Positions 39,986-50,413 of a stretch of DNA of 64,000 bases are shown in pieces. The stretch covers positions 1 through 64,000 of IMG/VR virus record IMGVR_UViG_2616644925_000001; one strand, given 5' to 3'. The DNA comes from a virus (Duplodnaviria > Caudoviricetes). Below the pieces are notes generated by a model. It was given only the letters and a program-made list of their open reading frames with translations. It was not told where the DNA came from and did not search any database. The first letter of the stretch is position 1. Every line of letters begins with the position of its first letter. Made by a program: the position numbers and the translations under genes.

Positions 39986-40645
39986 ATGAATCATCAGCCA
40001 AACCACCGCGACCGCCAGCTAATTATTGACCTTGAAGAGATTCAAAAAGGCTTATCAGGGGAGGGAGTTCAGGTATCCAAAATTATCGATCACCCTCACA
40101 TTGAGCAGTATGCTTTTCAGGAAAGGGGTACAAACCTGGCATTCGCAAATGTGATCTGCTCTCTCAACCAAGTTACGGTTGCGCTGCATGATGCAGGTAA
40201 AGGCTATATTTTCTTTACACCAACCGAACATCCATTAGCGGCAATGGTAAAAGGAGCACCGATTGCTCCTGAAGTTTGGGAAGAAAATATGCTTTCGCAC
40301 TCAAACAATGGGCCAGTCCAGGAAGGCTACTATTGGGACTGGATAAACTACTCAGTCGCTTTGACTGAACTCAGAGAAAAGTGGCACGCCAACAGAAATA
40401 AATTTGCAGATCAGATCACCCGAAACGCCCTGAAGTCTGCAATTCTTCAGGCAGACAAAATATTGGGCGTAGTAGCCTCACTGCCTGACGTAATCAGCCT
40501 CACAAATGCCTGGGAAGATAAATGGCATCCACTGCCGGAAGATGTGCCTGTAGACGATTACCTGTTATGGGATAAAGATTATCTACGCGCACTGGCAATG
40601 ATTTATCAACTTGCCAGTACCAGGGCCACCAGCCCGCAGGAATAA
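39986..40645 (+). CDS. Hypothetical protein
   Basis: 219 aa, lower GC. Confidence 0.6.
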   Translation: MNHQPNHRDRQLIIDLEEIQKGLSGEGVQVSKIIDHPHIEQYAFQERGTNLAFANVICSLNQVTVALHDAGKGYIFFTPTEHPLAAMVKGAPIAPEVWEENMLSHSNNGPVQEGYYWDWINYSVALTELREKWHANRNKFADQITRNALKSAILQADKILGVVASLPDVISLTNAWEDKWHPLPEDVPVDDYLLWDKDYLRALAMIYQLASTRATSPQE

Positions 40646-40758
40646 CAGATCCGCTTAAAGCAGGCGTTCCCCGCGCTTGCCTGGCGGTTGCCCTCAGCCG
40701 CCAGCATCCCTAGAATGCGCCCTTCTTTACGCTAAACAGACGATTTCTAAACGGACTT

Positions 40759-41829
40759 ATGACACAACAACTCAAATCTATTCAGGCGCTGCGCGGGCTT
40801 GCCTGCCTCGCCGTCGTTACCTTTCATTTCCGCTACCAGATACAGGAGCAGTACCCGGCATTAACCAAACTGCTTTCAACCGGCGTTGTTGGTGTGGATC
40901 TGTTTTTCATCCTCAGTGGCTTTGTTATTACACTCTCTGTATCGCGCATGGGTACCGGATTTGCTGCAGCAGGCGACTTCCTGAAGCGCCGTGCGCTGCG
41001 CCTGCTGCCCGCCTACTTCATTCTGCTGCTGATCAACTTTTTCTTAAGCGGAGGAATGGCGACATTTCACTATGCTGATAAGACGCAGGCGGTGATTAGC
41101 GCGGCGACGCTATCTGTTTACCTGCCGCAGCACGCGCCATTTTACGTGGACGACAGCGGGTTTATGGGCGTGCGCTGGACGCTCAACTATGAGTTTTTGT
41201 TTTACCTGATGATGGCTGTCTGCTTGCTGGTGCGCGCGCGCTGGGTGGCGCTGGCCGCAATGCTGGGCGCGGTGCTGGTGGCCGTACCGATGGCAGCAGG
41301 CCACCAGCCGACGCTGCTGGTGGAAGGTTATGACATGGGCTACGCCTACCTTAACCTGATGACGAACCCGATTATCTGGCAGTTCGCTGCAGGCGTTCTG
41401 ATTGGTCTGGTTTACCCGCACATGGCGCGCCTGCCTGTTGCCATGCGGGTGCCGTTCCTGCTGGCTGCAATTGCCCTGTTTGTACAGCACATTATCAGCT
41501 ACCAGCATATAGGGCATGGCATGATGGCATCCGGCACCGTGCTGGCACTGCTGCTGGCCGCTGTGGCGTTCAACGACAGCTGGTTAGGGCGCATCACGCC
41601 GCGCTGGCTAGTGTTCCTGGGGGATATTTCTTTCTCTGTATACCTGATCCACATTGTGACCAAAGCCCGGTTAGCAAAGGCGTTCACGGATCAGGGTATG
41701 ACGTTCTTCGTGTGTAACGTCCTGCTGGCGCTGCTGCTGGGCTGGCTCAGCTACCGTTACATTGAGCCAATCGGGCAGAAGATCGTGCGCCGCCGCAAAG
41801 CTGACATACAGCGTCAAGTTAATAATTAA
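40759..41829 (+). CDS. Acyltransferase-3 (OafA-like) membrane O-acyltransferase
   Basis: ALRGLA..V..FH, GVDLFFILSGF, RRALRLLP, WTLNYE, LGDISFSVYLIH. Confidence 0.92.
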   Translation: MTQQLKSIQALRGLACLAVVTFHFRYQIQEQYPALTKLLSTGVVGVDLFFILSGFVITLSVSRMGTGFAAAGDFLKRRALRLLPAYFILLLINFFLSGGMATFHYADKTQAVISAATLSVYLPQHAPFYVDDSGFMGVRWTLNYEFLFYLMMAVCLLVRARWVALAAMLGAVLVAVPMAAGHQPTLLVEGYDMGYAYLNLMTNPIIWQFAAGVLIGLVYPHMARLPVAMRVPFLLAAIALFVQHIISYQHIGHGMMASGTVLALLLAAVAFNDSWLGRITPRWLVFLGDISFSVYLIHIVTKARLAKAFTDQGMTFFVCNVLLALLLGWLSYRYIEPIGQKIVRRRKADIQRQVNN

Positions 41830-41928
41830 AATTGAATCAGCCCGCTACATGCGGGTTTTTTAAACTTGCAATTTTCACATTTAGCATGATTATTAAGGGT
41901 TGCTAAAGTTTCGGTATGAGTAAATAAA

Positions 41929-42768
41929 ATGAGAAAGAAGCATCGTCCGCATGGTAACTCGCTTACTACATTAGAGTCTGATGTATTAAAGCTAAGGGCA
42001 CTGGAAATGATACTGGTTTTATTTTACATGGAGGATTTAAGAAACAGTATTATTGACTCGCTTAGAGCATCAGACACTATTGATGATGAAGTAAAAACAA
42101 AAAAGAAGTGCGATAGAAAAATAGATAAATTTAAAGCGGCAAGGTTAAGGCTTGAGTCAGAAGGGGTTATATCAAAGAAAGAAAGTCAAGAAATTAAAGA
42201 ATTGATTGACTTTAGGAATACCATTGGGCATAGGATTTATGAGATTACAGCTGATATAGGCCCGTACTCCAATCTATCTTTGTATGTTGGAAAACAAACT
42301 AGAGAATCGACCATATATAAGTATGATGCAGTATCTTTCGCACGTAATTTAAGGGAAAAAGTTCTGCACAGCATGGGCTTAAAAGGTTACATTCTGTCAC
42401 TAGGCCTTGCATCGATAGCATTCTATTCAGCAGAAAAGGTTTATATAAAAGAAATAAAATCCCTAAGAAAAAAAATATACAAAAAGGGGGCGAATCATGA
42501 GAGGAAAATTGCAGATCTTAATGAAGAGCTTAAGCGACTGCCGCAGGAAGTTGTTAATTTTGTGGAGCCAGGCCATCCTAATAATTTCTTAGCGAACGGA
42601 AATCTAAGCAAGAAAGGAATTGAAGGGATATATAGGCTTTTTGACAATAAGCTTACGCCTTTAGCCACTGCTCATTTACTTAGAATATCCTATCGTGCAG
42701 CCTCAAGATGGTATAAGCGATGGAGTTCAGACGAAGGTAGAAGTGCTGGAGTTAGCCTTGAAATATAA
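41929..42768 (+). CDS. AT-rich HEPN-like protein with C-terminal HTH-like segment
   Basis: FRNTIGH Rx4H motif; C-terminal TPLATAHLLRISYRAASRW. Confidence 0.6.
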   Translation: MRKKHRPHGNSLTTLESDVLKLRALEMILVLFYMEDLRNSIIDSLRASDTIDDEVKTKKKCDRKIDKFKAARLRLESEGVISKKESQEIKELIDFRNTIGHRIYEITADIGPYSNLSLYVGKQTRESTIYKYDAVSFARNLREKVLHSMGLKGYILSLGLASIAFYSAEKVYIKEIKSLRKKIYKKGANHERKIADLNEELKRLPQEVVNFVEPGHPNNFLANGNLSKKGIEGIYRLFDNKLTPLATAHLLRISYRAASRWYKRWSSDEGRSAGVSLEI

Positions 42769-42898
42769 AAAAGCCAGCGCAAGGCTGGTAAATCGTATTA
42801 CAGGGAAGTCTATCTAATATGCAGTCAGTTTCATGACTACCTGCTGATACCGGCTTACAGGGCTGGTGTTAAACGACACCGTTACAGAGGCCACCAGC

Positions 42899-43315
42899 AT
42901 GACGATCCCAGCCCACTCACACACCCTTTCTAACGATGCGGCCGCATCGCCTGAAACATTCAACGCCGGCGAATTAACCCTGAACGCCGGCGCAGCATTT
43001 TCTCTGCCCATCGCCCCGGCGCCGCTAGTGGTAACTTTCTGCGCAATAGACGGTACCAGAGCGCAGCTTATAGTGAATCAGGGTAGGGTGACGTTTGAGG
43101 GTGATCCCGATGCGGCAGCCGAAATGTTTATCGAGGCGATGAAGCAAAAGCACACGGAGCAATGGGTCGCGCAGCAGGCGCAGCTGGAGGAAGCAGAAGC
43201 CCGCCTGGCGACGTACTCACACCATAACGGCCTGATGATGCTGTCACAGCGGCTGGTGGACGCAGAGAATGAGAGAGACTCACTGCGAGAAGACATTAAC
43301 CAGCGCCGGACATAA
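42899..43315 (+). CDS. Phage hypothetical protein
   Basis: MTIPAHS... with GAGG RBS; coiled-coil C-terminus. Confidence 0.55.
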   Translation: MTIPAHSHTLSNDAAASPETFNAGELTLNAGAAFSLPIAPAPLVVTFCAIDGTRAQLIVNQGRVTFEGDPDAAAEMFIEAMKQKHTEQWVAQQAQLEEAEARLATYSHHNGLMMLSQRLVDAENERDSLREDINQRRT

Positions 43316-43643
43316 GTTAACCGGCATGCGGACGGGGCGTAACGTTCACTATAGTTAGTAAGCTCACTTTCCGCATTTGTTTAGGGGCGGACAAAAAAAC
43401 TAAACTTTGATTTTGTAAGGTGTTGTTATTATTAGATAATTTAACAATAAGTTTAATTGCAAATCACAATGTAACTTAAGTGAATGTTTTATATGTATTT
43501 TTTATGTTGATGAATAAACAGTATTGAATGGTATTGATTAAAGGAAAAAAAAGGCTTACTGTCAGATCTACCAGTTGGTCTTCCGCCAAAGAAGTGAACC
43601 AACAGGTAAACGCATCCAATAAACCTTATCGGGAGATAGTATC

Positions 43644-43889
43644 ATGGGTTCAAAAATTGATGAACATGATCACCGCATAAAAGAGTTAGAACGTAAAGTA
43701 AAGGGAATGCAGCGCCAGATAGAACTGGGAAAAGCGCAGCATGAACAAGTAACGAAATCTCATGACAGGAAGATACGTGACTTGGAAATCCGCTCAGCAG
43801 TCCAGTCTGGTCTTCCTCAGAGAAAAGTTGCTGAAATTTACGACCTTTCAACCGGGCGAGTTAGCCAAATCGTTCGCCGGACCGGTTAA
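43644..43889 (+). CDS. Small coiled-coil/HTH protein
   Basis: QRKVAEIYDLSTGRVSQIV HTH; GGGAG RBS; terminator after. Confidence 0.7.
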   Translation: MGSKIDEHDHRIKELERKVKGMQRQIELGKAQHEQVTKSHDRKIRDLEIRSAVQSGLPQRKVAEIYDLSTGRVSQIVRRTG

Positions 43890-43950
43890 AAGCCGCCCAA
43901 AAGCCGCCTTCTGAGGCGGCTTTTTTAATATCTATTTTCCGATTATTTCC

Positions 43951-45213
43951 TTACTTTATTCTTACGATGTCTTCAAGTCGCGTGGTGTATCGAGGTGACA
44001 GCATTTCACGCTTCATCTGCCACGCGCTGTCTTGCTCTCCCTGTCCTGCGAAGAATATCTTCCCCTTCCCGGAGCGATTGATAGCATCCAGCGCGGCCAT
44101 CAGCGCATCTGCGTTTGCCCGCGGCTGCTGCTCACTGAACATGTCAAACTGCGCCACACCAGATTGATAAAAATCACCCAGCATTACGCCAGCTTTGGCG
44201 TACCGGTAGCCGTCGCGCCAGATGGCACTCAGCCCGCGTAGCGCAGACTCAATAATGTCCCGTGTGTCGCTGGTGGGGTAGTCGCAAACGCATGAGGCGG
44301 TATTCGAATACTGAGGCTCGTTTGCGTGCCTGGCGGTAGCGATCGACACGCTGATATGTCGGCAACGCGAGTTCTGCTCTCTCAGCTTTTCTCCGGCACG
44401 GGTGGCATAGAGTGTGACGGCCTGCTTCATGTCCTCCAGCTCAGTGATCTTCTCACCAAATGAGCGTGAGTTGAGGATGTTCTGCTTCGGCGGCGGCGCG
44501 TCTTCCAGTGCGATACAGGACTCGCCATTGAGCTCGCGGGTGGTGCGCTCAACGATGACATCAAAGTTTTTCCGAATCATGCTGATGTTGCTGTCCGCCA
44601 GCTGCAGAGCCGTGGTGATCCCCAGCTGGTGCATGCGCTTAGTAATGCGAGGGCCAATACCCCAGATATCGCCGACGTCGGTCAGGTGAAGCAGCTTTCG
44701 CTGCCGGGTACGGCTGGACAGGTCTACCACGCCCTGTGTCTGCGTCCATTTCTTCGCGGCATGGTTTGCCAGCTTGGCCAGCGTCTTCGTTGGGCCGAAG
44801 CCTACGCCGATGATCAGGCCGGTTTCTTGCCGGATGCGCTCACGCATCTGGTGTCCAAACGTCTCAAGTGGGATCAGATTGCTAATGCCGGTGACGTCCA
44901 GAAATGACTCGTCGATAGAGTAAACCTCCTGTCCTGCAGCCATTTCACCCAGTATGGCCATCATGCGCGCCGACATATCGCCGTAAAGCTCATAGTTGGA
45001 ACTGAACACATGCACACCGTTCTGCCTGAAAAAACGCTCATTCAGAAACAGCTGCGCCGCCATCTTGATCCCCAGGCGCTTTGCCTCCGCCGAACGTGCG
45101 ATCACGCAGCCGTCATTGTTCGAAACGACGACAATCGGTTTACCACGCAGATCGGGCCTGAACACGGTTTCACAGGAGGCATAAAAGTTATTGGCATCGG
45201 CCAGCGCAAACAT
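43951..45213 (-). CDS. umuC: Second UmuC-like Y-family polymerase
   Basis: MFALADANNFYASCE, SNNDGC, YSIDE and WQMKREMLSPRYTT motifs. Confidence 0.95.
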   Translation of the reverse strand: MFALADANNFYASCETVFRPDLRGKPIVVVSNNDGCVIARSAEAKRLGIKMAAQLFLNERFFRQNGVHVFSSNYELYGDMSARMMAILGEMAAGQEVYSIDESFLDVTGISNLIPLETFGHQMRERIRQETGLIIGVGFGPTKTLAKLANHAAKKWTQTQGVVDLSSRTRQRKLLHLTDVGDIWGIGPRITKRMHQLGITTALQLADSNISMIRKNFDVIVERTTRELNGESCIALEDAPPPKQNILNSRSFGEKITELEDMKQAVTLYATRAGEKLREQNSRCRHISVSIATARHANEPQYSNTASCVCDYPTSDTRDIIESALRGLSAIWRDGYRYAKAGVMLGDFYQSGVAQFDMFSEQQPRANADALMAALDAINRSGKGKIFFAGQGEQDSAWQMKREMLSPRYTTRLEDIVRIK

Positions 45214-45215
45214 GT

Positions 45216-45593
45216 TTATTCTCCTGCTGGCCCGTTAAAGCCGATCCCGGCTACATCGGTCAGGGCATAAGCCACTACACCCCACACAGGAAGCGCCTGG
45301 CTTACATCGAGCAGCGTTACAGTTTCGTCCGTGTCCAGCGCCTGAAGGGCGGGAACCGGATTAAGCAGCAACCGCCTTAATGTCAGTTCGCCGTCAAATT
45401 CAGCAACGATTAGCTGGCCGTGTACCGGCTTCAGGGCGCGATCGATGGCCAGCACGGAGCCTTTGACAATTCCGGCGCCGGCGCAGTCAGTTTCGCTTCG
45501 CATGAGATAGGTTGAGTAAGGGGAAAGGGATACCAGATCGCCCAGATTCAGGCGCGTTTCAGTATAGTTCTGGGCGGGGCTCTGAAAGGCCAT
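45216..45593 (-). CDS. humD: UmuD'-like protein lacking the N-terminal arm and catalytic dyad (P1 HumD-like)
   Basis: Starts MAFQSPA at the normal cleavage point; no GDSM Ser; Lys replaced (LTLRRL). Confidence 0.75.
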   Translation of the reverse strand: MAFQSPAQNYTETRLNLGDLVSLSPYSTYLMRSETDCAGAGIVKGSVLAIDRALKPVHGQLIVAEFDGELTLRRLLLNPVPALQALDTDETVTLLDVSQALPVWGVVAYALTDVAGIGFNGPAGE

Positions 45594-45786
45594 TGCAATG
45601 CTCCATTGTGATCAGCGTGATATAGCTCCTGGTATGAGTATAAGACGCTACAAGCAGCAATGCTCAGATGTGCAAGTCAATGTTCGCTATGAGAAAGGAT
45701 GTGCCGGTATTGATCTACTGTCGCTTACTCGTAAAGCCTCGCCATTCAAATGTAAACTGTACTCCAATCAAATTTTCGGAAAATTT

Positions 45787-46140
45787 ATGAAAACTCCTGC
45801 CCTTAAAGAACTACATCACAAGCGCATAGCATTGTTCTTCGAAAAACTTCGAATCCATCCACCTGTCACAAATCGTCAGGAAGCAGTTTCATTAATAAAA
45901 CGACTGCTAACAGAGATTGACGACGCTGATGGGCTTGTTCCGGGTGATTTTACAACACGTCTGAATATTCTTGCCATAAATGCAGATTATGGCTGGAAAA
46001 ACATCGAGTCTGATCCTTGCTATTGGGATGACAATCAGACCAAGACGCACCGTATTTATTTATATAACAGCGGTAGAATTGTTATTGAGCGCGTAAAAGA
46101 AGGGGAGGAACGTTTGATTCTGGACAAACCAGGAGCATAA
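45787..46140 (+). CDS. AT-rich hypothetical protein
   Basis: Likely start MKTPALK; terminator follows. Confidence 0.55.
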   Translation: MKTPALKELHHKRIALFFEKLRIHPPVTNRQEAVSLIKRLLTEIDDADGLVPGDFTTRLNILAINADYGWKNIESDPCYWDDNQTKTHRIYLYNSGRIVIERVKEGEERLILDKPGA

Positions 46141-46321
46141 ACCCCGATTTGCGTGCATAAAAAAAGCCCCGATTAAGGGGCTTTGGAGAGCAAAGGCTAA
46201 TGGCAACATCAATCAAGCAACATCCGACTGTTAAATTACCAAACCCTTAGATTTATACAAGGCTTTTTATTGCCAGTCTGGAGCATCGTTACCTACAAAT
46301 TCTGGCAGGCACTAACGCCTT

Positions 46322-47116
46322 TTATTCCGCTTTTTGCGGTTCAGCCGCTGGCGCTGCGGCCACCAGCTCCGGCTCAGGCTGTGGGACGTCGGTTTTCGCC
46401 TTTGCCAGCAGGATAGTGCGCTGCAGCTGCGCCTTTTCGATGGCCTCTTTCACCATATCAGCATCCAGTCCGACAACCGCAAACCTGTCCAAGCCTTCCA
46501 TGCGGAAAAGGTTCGTTTCAGGGGCCATTTCCTTCAGGGCTTTCTCATTCTGAACTGTGATGTAGATCAGCTGTGGCTCAGCCTCTGCGCCGTCCGGGAT
46601 GTACACGTAAGCATGCTGGCCAACGCCCAATGCCTGGAGGAACAGGACGCACACGGCCAGTGGCAATGAGGTATGTACTACACTGACATGCTGCAGCCTG
46701 CCGGTAAGGACGCCGTGCAGCTGCGCATTATGTGGCATGTACGGGCTGACCGTCTCCACGCGCCACGCGCCGGTAAGCGAACCTTCCACAAACGCCTCGC
46801 CGGTGACGTTCATCGACATCTGACGCATGAGCAGTTGCGCAAAGCTCTTATCCATCGTCGGAGCCAGAGGCAGCGCGCCGGTCTTCTCATTGATGGCGTC
46901 TACCGCTTCCTGTCGTTTAGCGGGATCCTCCGGCAATTCCTGGCTGTGCAGCAGCCAGTAGCGCTCATTTTTGTTAGCCCACACAGTGACGCCTTCTACT
47001 TCCTGTGGCTCAAAGCCCAGCGCGGCCACCAGCGCAATCTCAAGATTTTCCGGGGCGATTTCGTTCTTCTCATTGACCTCAATGGCCGTGGTCTTGCTGA
47101 TAATGTATTTAGTCAT
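46322..47116 (-). CDS. Phage hypothetical protein
   Basis: 264 aa in an operon with dut. Confidence 0.7.
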   Translation of the reverse strand: MTKYIISKTTAIEVNEKNEIAPENLEIALVAALGFEPQEVEGVTVWANKNERYWLLHSQELPEDPAKRQEAVDAINEKTGALPLAPTMDKSFAQLLMRQMSMNVTGEAFVEGSLTGAWRVETVSPYMPHNAQLHGVLTGRLQHVSVVHTSLPLAVCVLFLQALGVGQHAYVYIPDGAEAEPQLIYITVQNEKALKEMAPETNLFRMEGLDRFAVVGLDADMVKEAIEKAQLQRTILLAKAKTDVPQPEPELVAAAPAAEPQKAE

Positions 47117-47125
47117 AATCGTGCC

Positions 47126-47722
47126 TTATTTGCTGGTGGTCTTAGTGCTGGCGCTGGTACTGGTGGCGGTTTCATTCACCGCTGACTCTTCAACCTGTGC
47201 GGGCTCCTGCGAGTCGGCCGCGGTCGTGCTGGTATTGTCTTCGACAGGCGTCGGGTTGGTCTGTACCGGCGTAGTAGACCCAAAGCCGCCATCGCCACGG
47301 GCGGTTTCTGACAGCTGATCGACTTCTTTCCAGGTGACTGACTCAACTTTCTCGATCGTTGCCTGCGCGATGACCATGCCAGCCTTCGGCTCGATGAACT
47401 GACCGCCTTCATCGGCAATCATGCGCAGTTTGATCTCGCCACGGTAATCGCTGTCGATGATGGCCACGTTGTTCGCCAGGCGCAGGAAGTTGTTCACAGC
47501 CAGCCCGGAGCGAGGATAAATCTTCATGCAGTAGCCAGGTTGGATCTCCACGGCCAGTCCGGTCGTGACCCACCACGCACGCGGCTGACGGGTTGCGCCC
47601 TGAGTCAGTACGACGTTATTTTTCACGTCCAGCGCGGTGATATCCCACGCTGCAGCGCCGTCCGAACCACGGAACGGCAGTTTGGCGTCTGGTGTGAGAC
47701 GTTTGATCTTAATTTGAGGCAT
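47126..47722 (-). CDS. dut: Trimeric dUTPase with C-terminal extension
   Basis: AAWDI, PRSGL, IIDSDYRGE and RGDGGFGST motifs. Confidence 0.93.
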   Translation of the reverse strand: MPQIKIKRLTPDAKLPFRGSDGAAAWDITALDVKNNVVLTQGATRQPRAWWVTTGLAVEIQPGYCMKIYPRSGLAVNNFLRLANNVAIIDSDYRGEIKLRMIADEGGQFIEPKAGMVIAQATIEKVESVTWKEVDQLSETARGDGGFGSTTPVQTNPTPVEDNTSTTAADSQEPAQVEESAVNETATSTSASTKTTSK

Positions 47723-48200
47723 GGCTTAACTCCGGTGATTTAAAGGTGTAATGGCGGCGCTTACGGACAGAGTTCTCATAGAGAGGGACATCTGTGTACT
47801 CCACCAGCCCGCGTGCAATCAGTTTCTTTACGGACTGCAGGAATAGGGAATGGCTTACATCAAACTCCTGGCGTACCTGTCTGGCGGTGATGAACCGGTT
47901 CCGATCGAGCAGCATCAGAATGTACTCTTCGGTCTTCCCCATTTTCAGGGGCGTCAGTCTGGCGGCATACGCGGGAGTCACCGCCAGGCTGTACTCGTTA
48001 TCAATGGATCGCGTAATCAGTCCGTTTTTCAGAAGGTCCAGCAGCGTTCCCCGGATGACGTGCGTTGACGTGTCCGGCAGGGCGCGGGTAAAGCGGCGGC
48101 GCGTGGCGATACACTCATCTTTCAACAGCATCAGCACAGCTGAGGCCGTTTCCGGATATCGGGCGCGAAAAACTTTAAGTTTTGGTAAAAGGCGCTTCAA
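47709..48200 (-). CDS. Winged-helix DNA-binding protein (putative)
   Basis: Two wHTH-like segments. Confidence 0.55.
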   Translation of the reverse strand: MKRLLPKLKVFRARYPETASAVLMLLKDECIATRRRFTRALPDTSTHVIRGTLLDLLKNGLITRSIDNEYSLAVTPAYAARLTPLKMGKTEEYILMLLDRNRFITARQVRQEFDVSHSLFLQSVKKLIARGLVEYTDVPLYENSVRKRRHYTFKSPELSHASN

Positions 48201-48307
48201 TGTTCTGTTATCCTTGCCATTGGTTTATTTCGGATACCTACATCCAGTGGTTAACGTTTGAACCAGAACGAACGGAATAAGGGAGCCAGTAATGGTTCCC
48301 TTTTTCT

Positions 48308-48766
48308 TTAGCCCTGCGTCCACTTCTCGCCCGTATCAACGCACACCACGCCGTGACACACGCGCCCCTGATCCAGCCTGAAGGCCATGCCGCCCAGCTT
48401 GCTGCGCCTGCGGCAGAACTGCGCGCCTGACAGATAGGCATGCGGCACGACAGACTCGATCGCGCCTTCCTCGGTACACTGACCGTCCTCAACGTCGGCA
48501 TAGCCACGCGCAAACTCACTGAGCACTTCGCGCCGGTCTTCAAAGCGAATGATTTCGCCGTGGTCCGGATCGCGGGCGTACTCGATCGCGCCATATTTAA
48601 CGAGAGATGCGACGGTTTTGGGGTGCCTGAATATTTCCTCGCCCCAGTACTGACCGGTGCAGGAATCGACGTAGGAGCCGCTGGAATAAGTGCCGATAGG
48701 GTTAGAGACATCGTGTGCCATTGCCACAGCCACGAAGAAGTTAACGACGTTGCCGGTAACAGACAT
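48308..48766 (-). CDS. Phage hypothetical protein
   Basis: 152 aa; coupled to the upstream gene. Confidence 0.6.
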   Translation of the reverse strand: MSVTGNVVNFFVAVAMAHDVSNPIGTYSSGSYVDSCTGQYWGEEIFRHPKTVASLVKYGAIEYARDPDHGEIIRFEDRREVLSEFARGYADVEDGQCTEEGAIESVVPHAYLSGAQFCRRRSKLGGMAFRLDQGRVCHGVVCVDTGEKWTQG

Positions 48767-49098
48767 TATTTCCCCGAAAAGAGCCGTTCCCGGCTGCTTA
48801 AGGTGTTGGTTTCCTGCCGGGTGAAAGCGCGGTCCACCAGCCCGACAACTGCGGCAAATTCACTTCTGAAATACTCCAGTAGTTTATTTGCAGCGCGGTC
48901 GGTGATGTTTTCCACGTAGTAGCAGGCGCTATATTGGTCGATCCTGGGTTTTTCGAGGGTCAGTAGTGGTGCGGCTTCTGACAGCGTAGACACGCCATAT
49001 TCCACCAGCGCCACTCCGCCGCGCTCGATGGCGGTAAAGGTCAGCTGGTGGCCGTCAATGGAAAACGTGCGCGTAAGTAAGATTTGTTGTCTGGCCAT
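48766..49098 (-). CDS. Phage hypothetical protein
   Basis: 110 aa. Confidence 0.55.
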   Translation of the reverse strand: MARQQILLTRTFSIDGHQLTFTAIERGGVALVEYGVSTLSEAAPLLTLEKPRIDQYSACYYVENITDRAANKLLEYFRSEFAAVVGLVDRAFTRQETNTLSSRERLFSGK

Positions 49099-49191
49099 CG
49101 GTATTCGCAGGATGCGGGATGGCCCGAATTGTGGGGGATAAATGATGACGTTACAATTATTATTTCTTTAGATTTTAATAAATCTAATTCT

Positions 49192-50223
49192 CTATTCTCC
49201 GTCAAGTATGCCCGACATTTTTCCTTTCTGACTTTCAGAGCGGCGAAGGTAGCGCATAACGGTTTTTGGATCCTGCCAGGTGCCTTCCTGCATTATCTGA
49301 GTAATCGTCGCGTCTCGTTCGGCCATATCCATCGCGGCACCCACGCGGGCGCTATGGCCGGACCATTTGGCGTACCGGCCTTTATTGTCCTGGACCGGCT
49401 CTTTTCCCAGCAGATCCCATGCGTCTTTGAAAATCTTCTCGGTCGCCGGTGCTGACATTGGCTTTTCAGAGACGCCAGCCGTGTTGTTGTGGCGGACCGG
49501 ACCGAAAACCATCGCGTCCGGGTGATGAATCAGCCCGGACAGCTCCAGCCAGTGCATCAGATGACCGGCAGCGGCGCGGCTTAGGTGCTTTATCACGCCC
49601 GCGGCCGTCACCATCGTTTTAGTGTGGGACAGGTTGATCACCACATGGCCGCTATCGCTGATATCCAGGTCGCGCACCCGGATACGGCTGAGCTCGGACA
49701 TACGGCACAGGGTGTTGTATGCCACAAACAGGAACGCCAGATTGCGCTGATCGGTCAGCCGGTCGGAGCGGCCCATGAGGTGCGACAGCAGCTGCAGGTC
49801 CGGCAGGCGGAACGGCACAGCCTGGCCGGTGCGTTCACCCTGCAAAACGGCCTCGCGCCGGATGCGCTTCATGGATCGTTTCAGGTCCACGCTTCCCCGG
49901 AGGTCCGGCAGGCCGCTTTCCCGGCACAGCATGTTCATCATGGCATAGTGCTTGTCGATCGTGCTCGATGCCAGACCGCTTTCTGCCATTTGCAGAAAGT
50001 ACTCCCGCGCCAGCTCCGGGTCGATCGGCAGATAGCCCACGTCGCGCTCGTTACACCAGAAGGCCCAGCGCCGGATAACAGATAACAGGTCGCGGAAAGT
50101 ATTCTCGGAATAAGCGGCCTTATCTGCGATAAATCTGCGCAGATTATTTGCAATGTCTTCCGGCGTTAATTGCGTTAATTCAGCCGGGAGTGCGCCGGTC
50201 TTTATTTGAGCCAGATGTTTCAT
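49192..50223 (-). CDS. cre: Cre-family tyrosine recombinase (Panto/Dre-like)
   Basis: AYNTLCRMSE, HTKT, WSGHSARVGAAMDM, IMQEGTW...VMRY; 343 aa. Confidence 0.95.
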   Translation of the reverse strand: MKHLAQIKTGALPAELTQLTPEDIANNLRRFIADKAAYSENTFRDLLSVIRRWAFWCNERDVGYLPIDPELAREYFLQMAESGLASSTIDKHYAMMNMLCRESGLPDLRGSVDLKRSMKRIRREAVLQGERTGQAVPFRLPDLQLLSHLMGRSDRLTDQRNLAFLFVAYNTLCRMSELSRIRVRDLDISDSGHVVINLSHTKTMVTAAGVIKHLSRAAAGHLMHWLELSGLIHHPDAMVFGPVRHNNTAGVSEKPMSAPATEKIFKDAWDLLGKEPVQDNKGRYAKWSGHSARVGAAMDMAERDATITQIMQEGTWQDPKTVMRYLRRSESQKGKMSGILDGE

Positions 50224-50413
50224 TTTTATATTTCACCCTAAATCAGAGAGACAACGCTACGCAAAATCTACGAAAACCGCAGGGGTGTGATGCGTCAGAT
50301 TTCACGTAGCGACGCCAGGTGCAGGACCGCTCAGAAAGTAGACACTTTGCCAGCGGCTCCGGCTATCTGATCATTTGATCATCAACCACTGATCAAGCAT
50401 ACATGAAATGAGG

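Noticed and set aside
40664-40692. GCGTTCCCCGCGC resembles the 5' half of a type I-E CRISPR repeat (possible solitary repeat / RNA anti-CRISPR)
   Set aside because: The 3' half (GCGGGGATAAACCG) and the hairpin are absent, and there is only one copy; likely chance.
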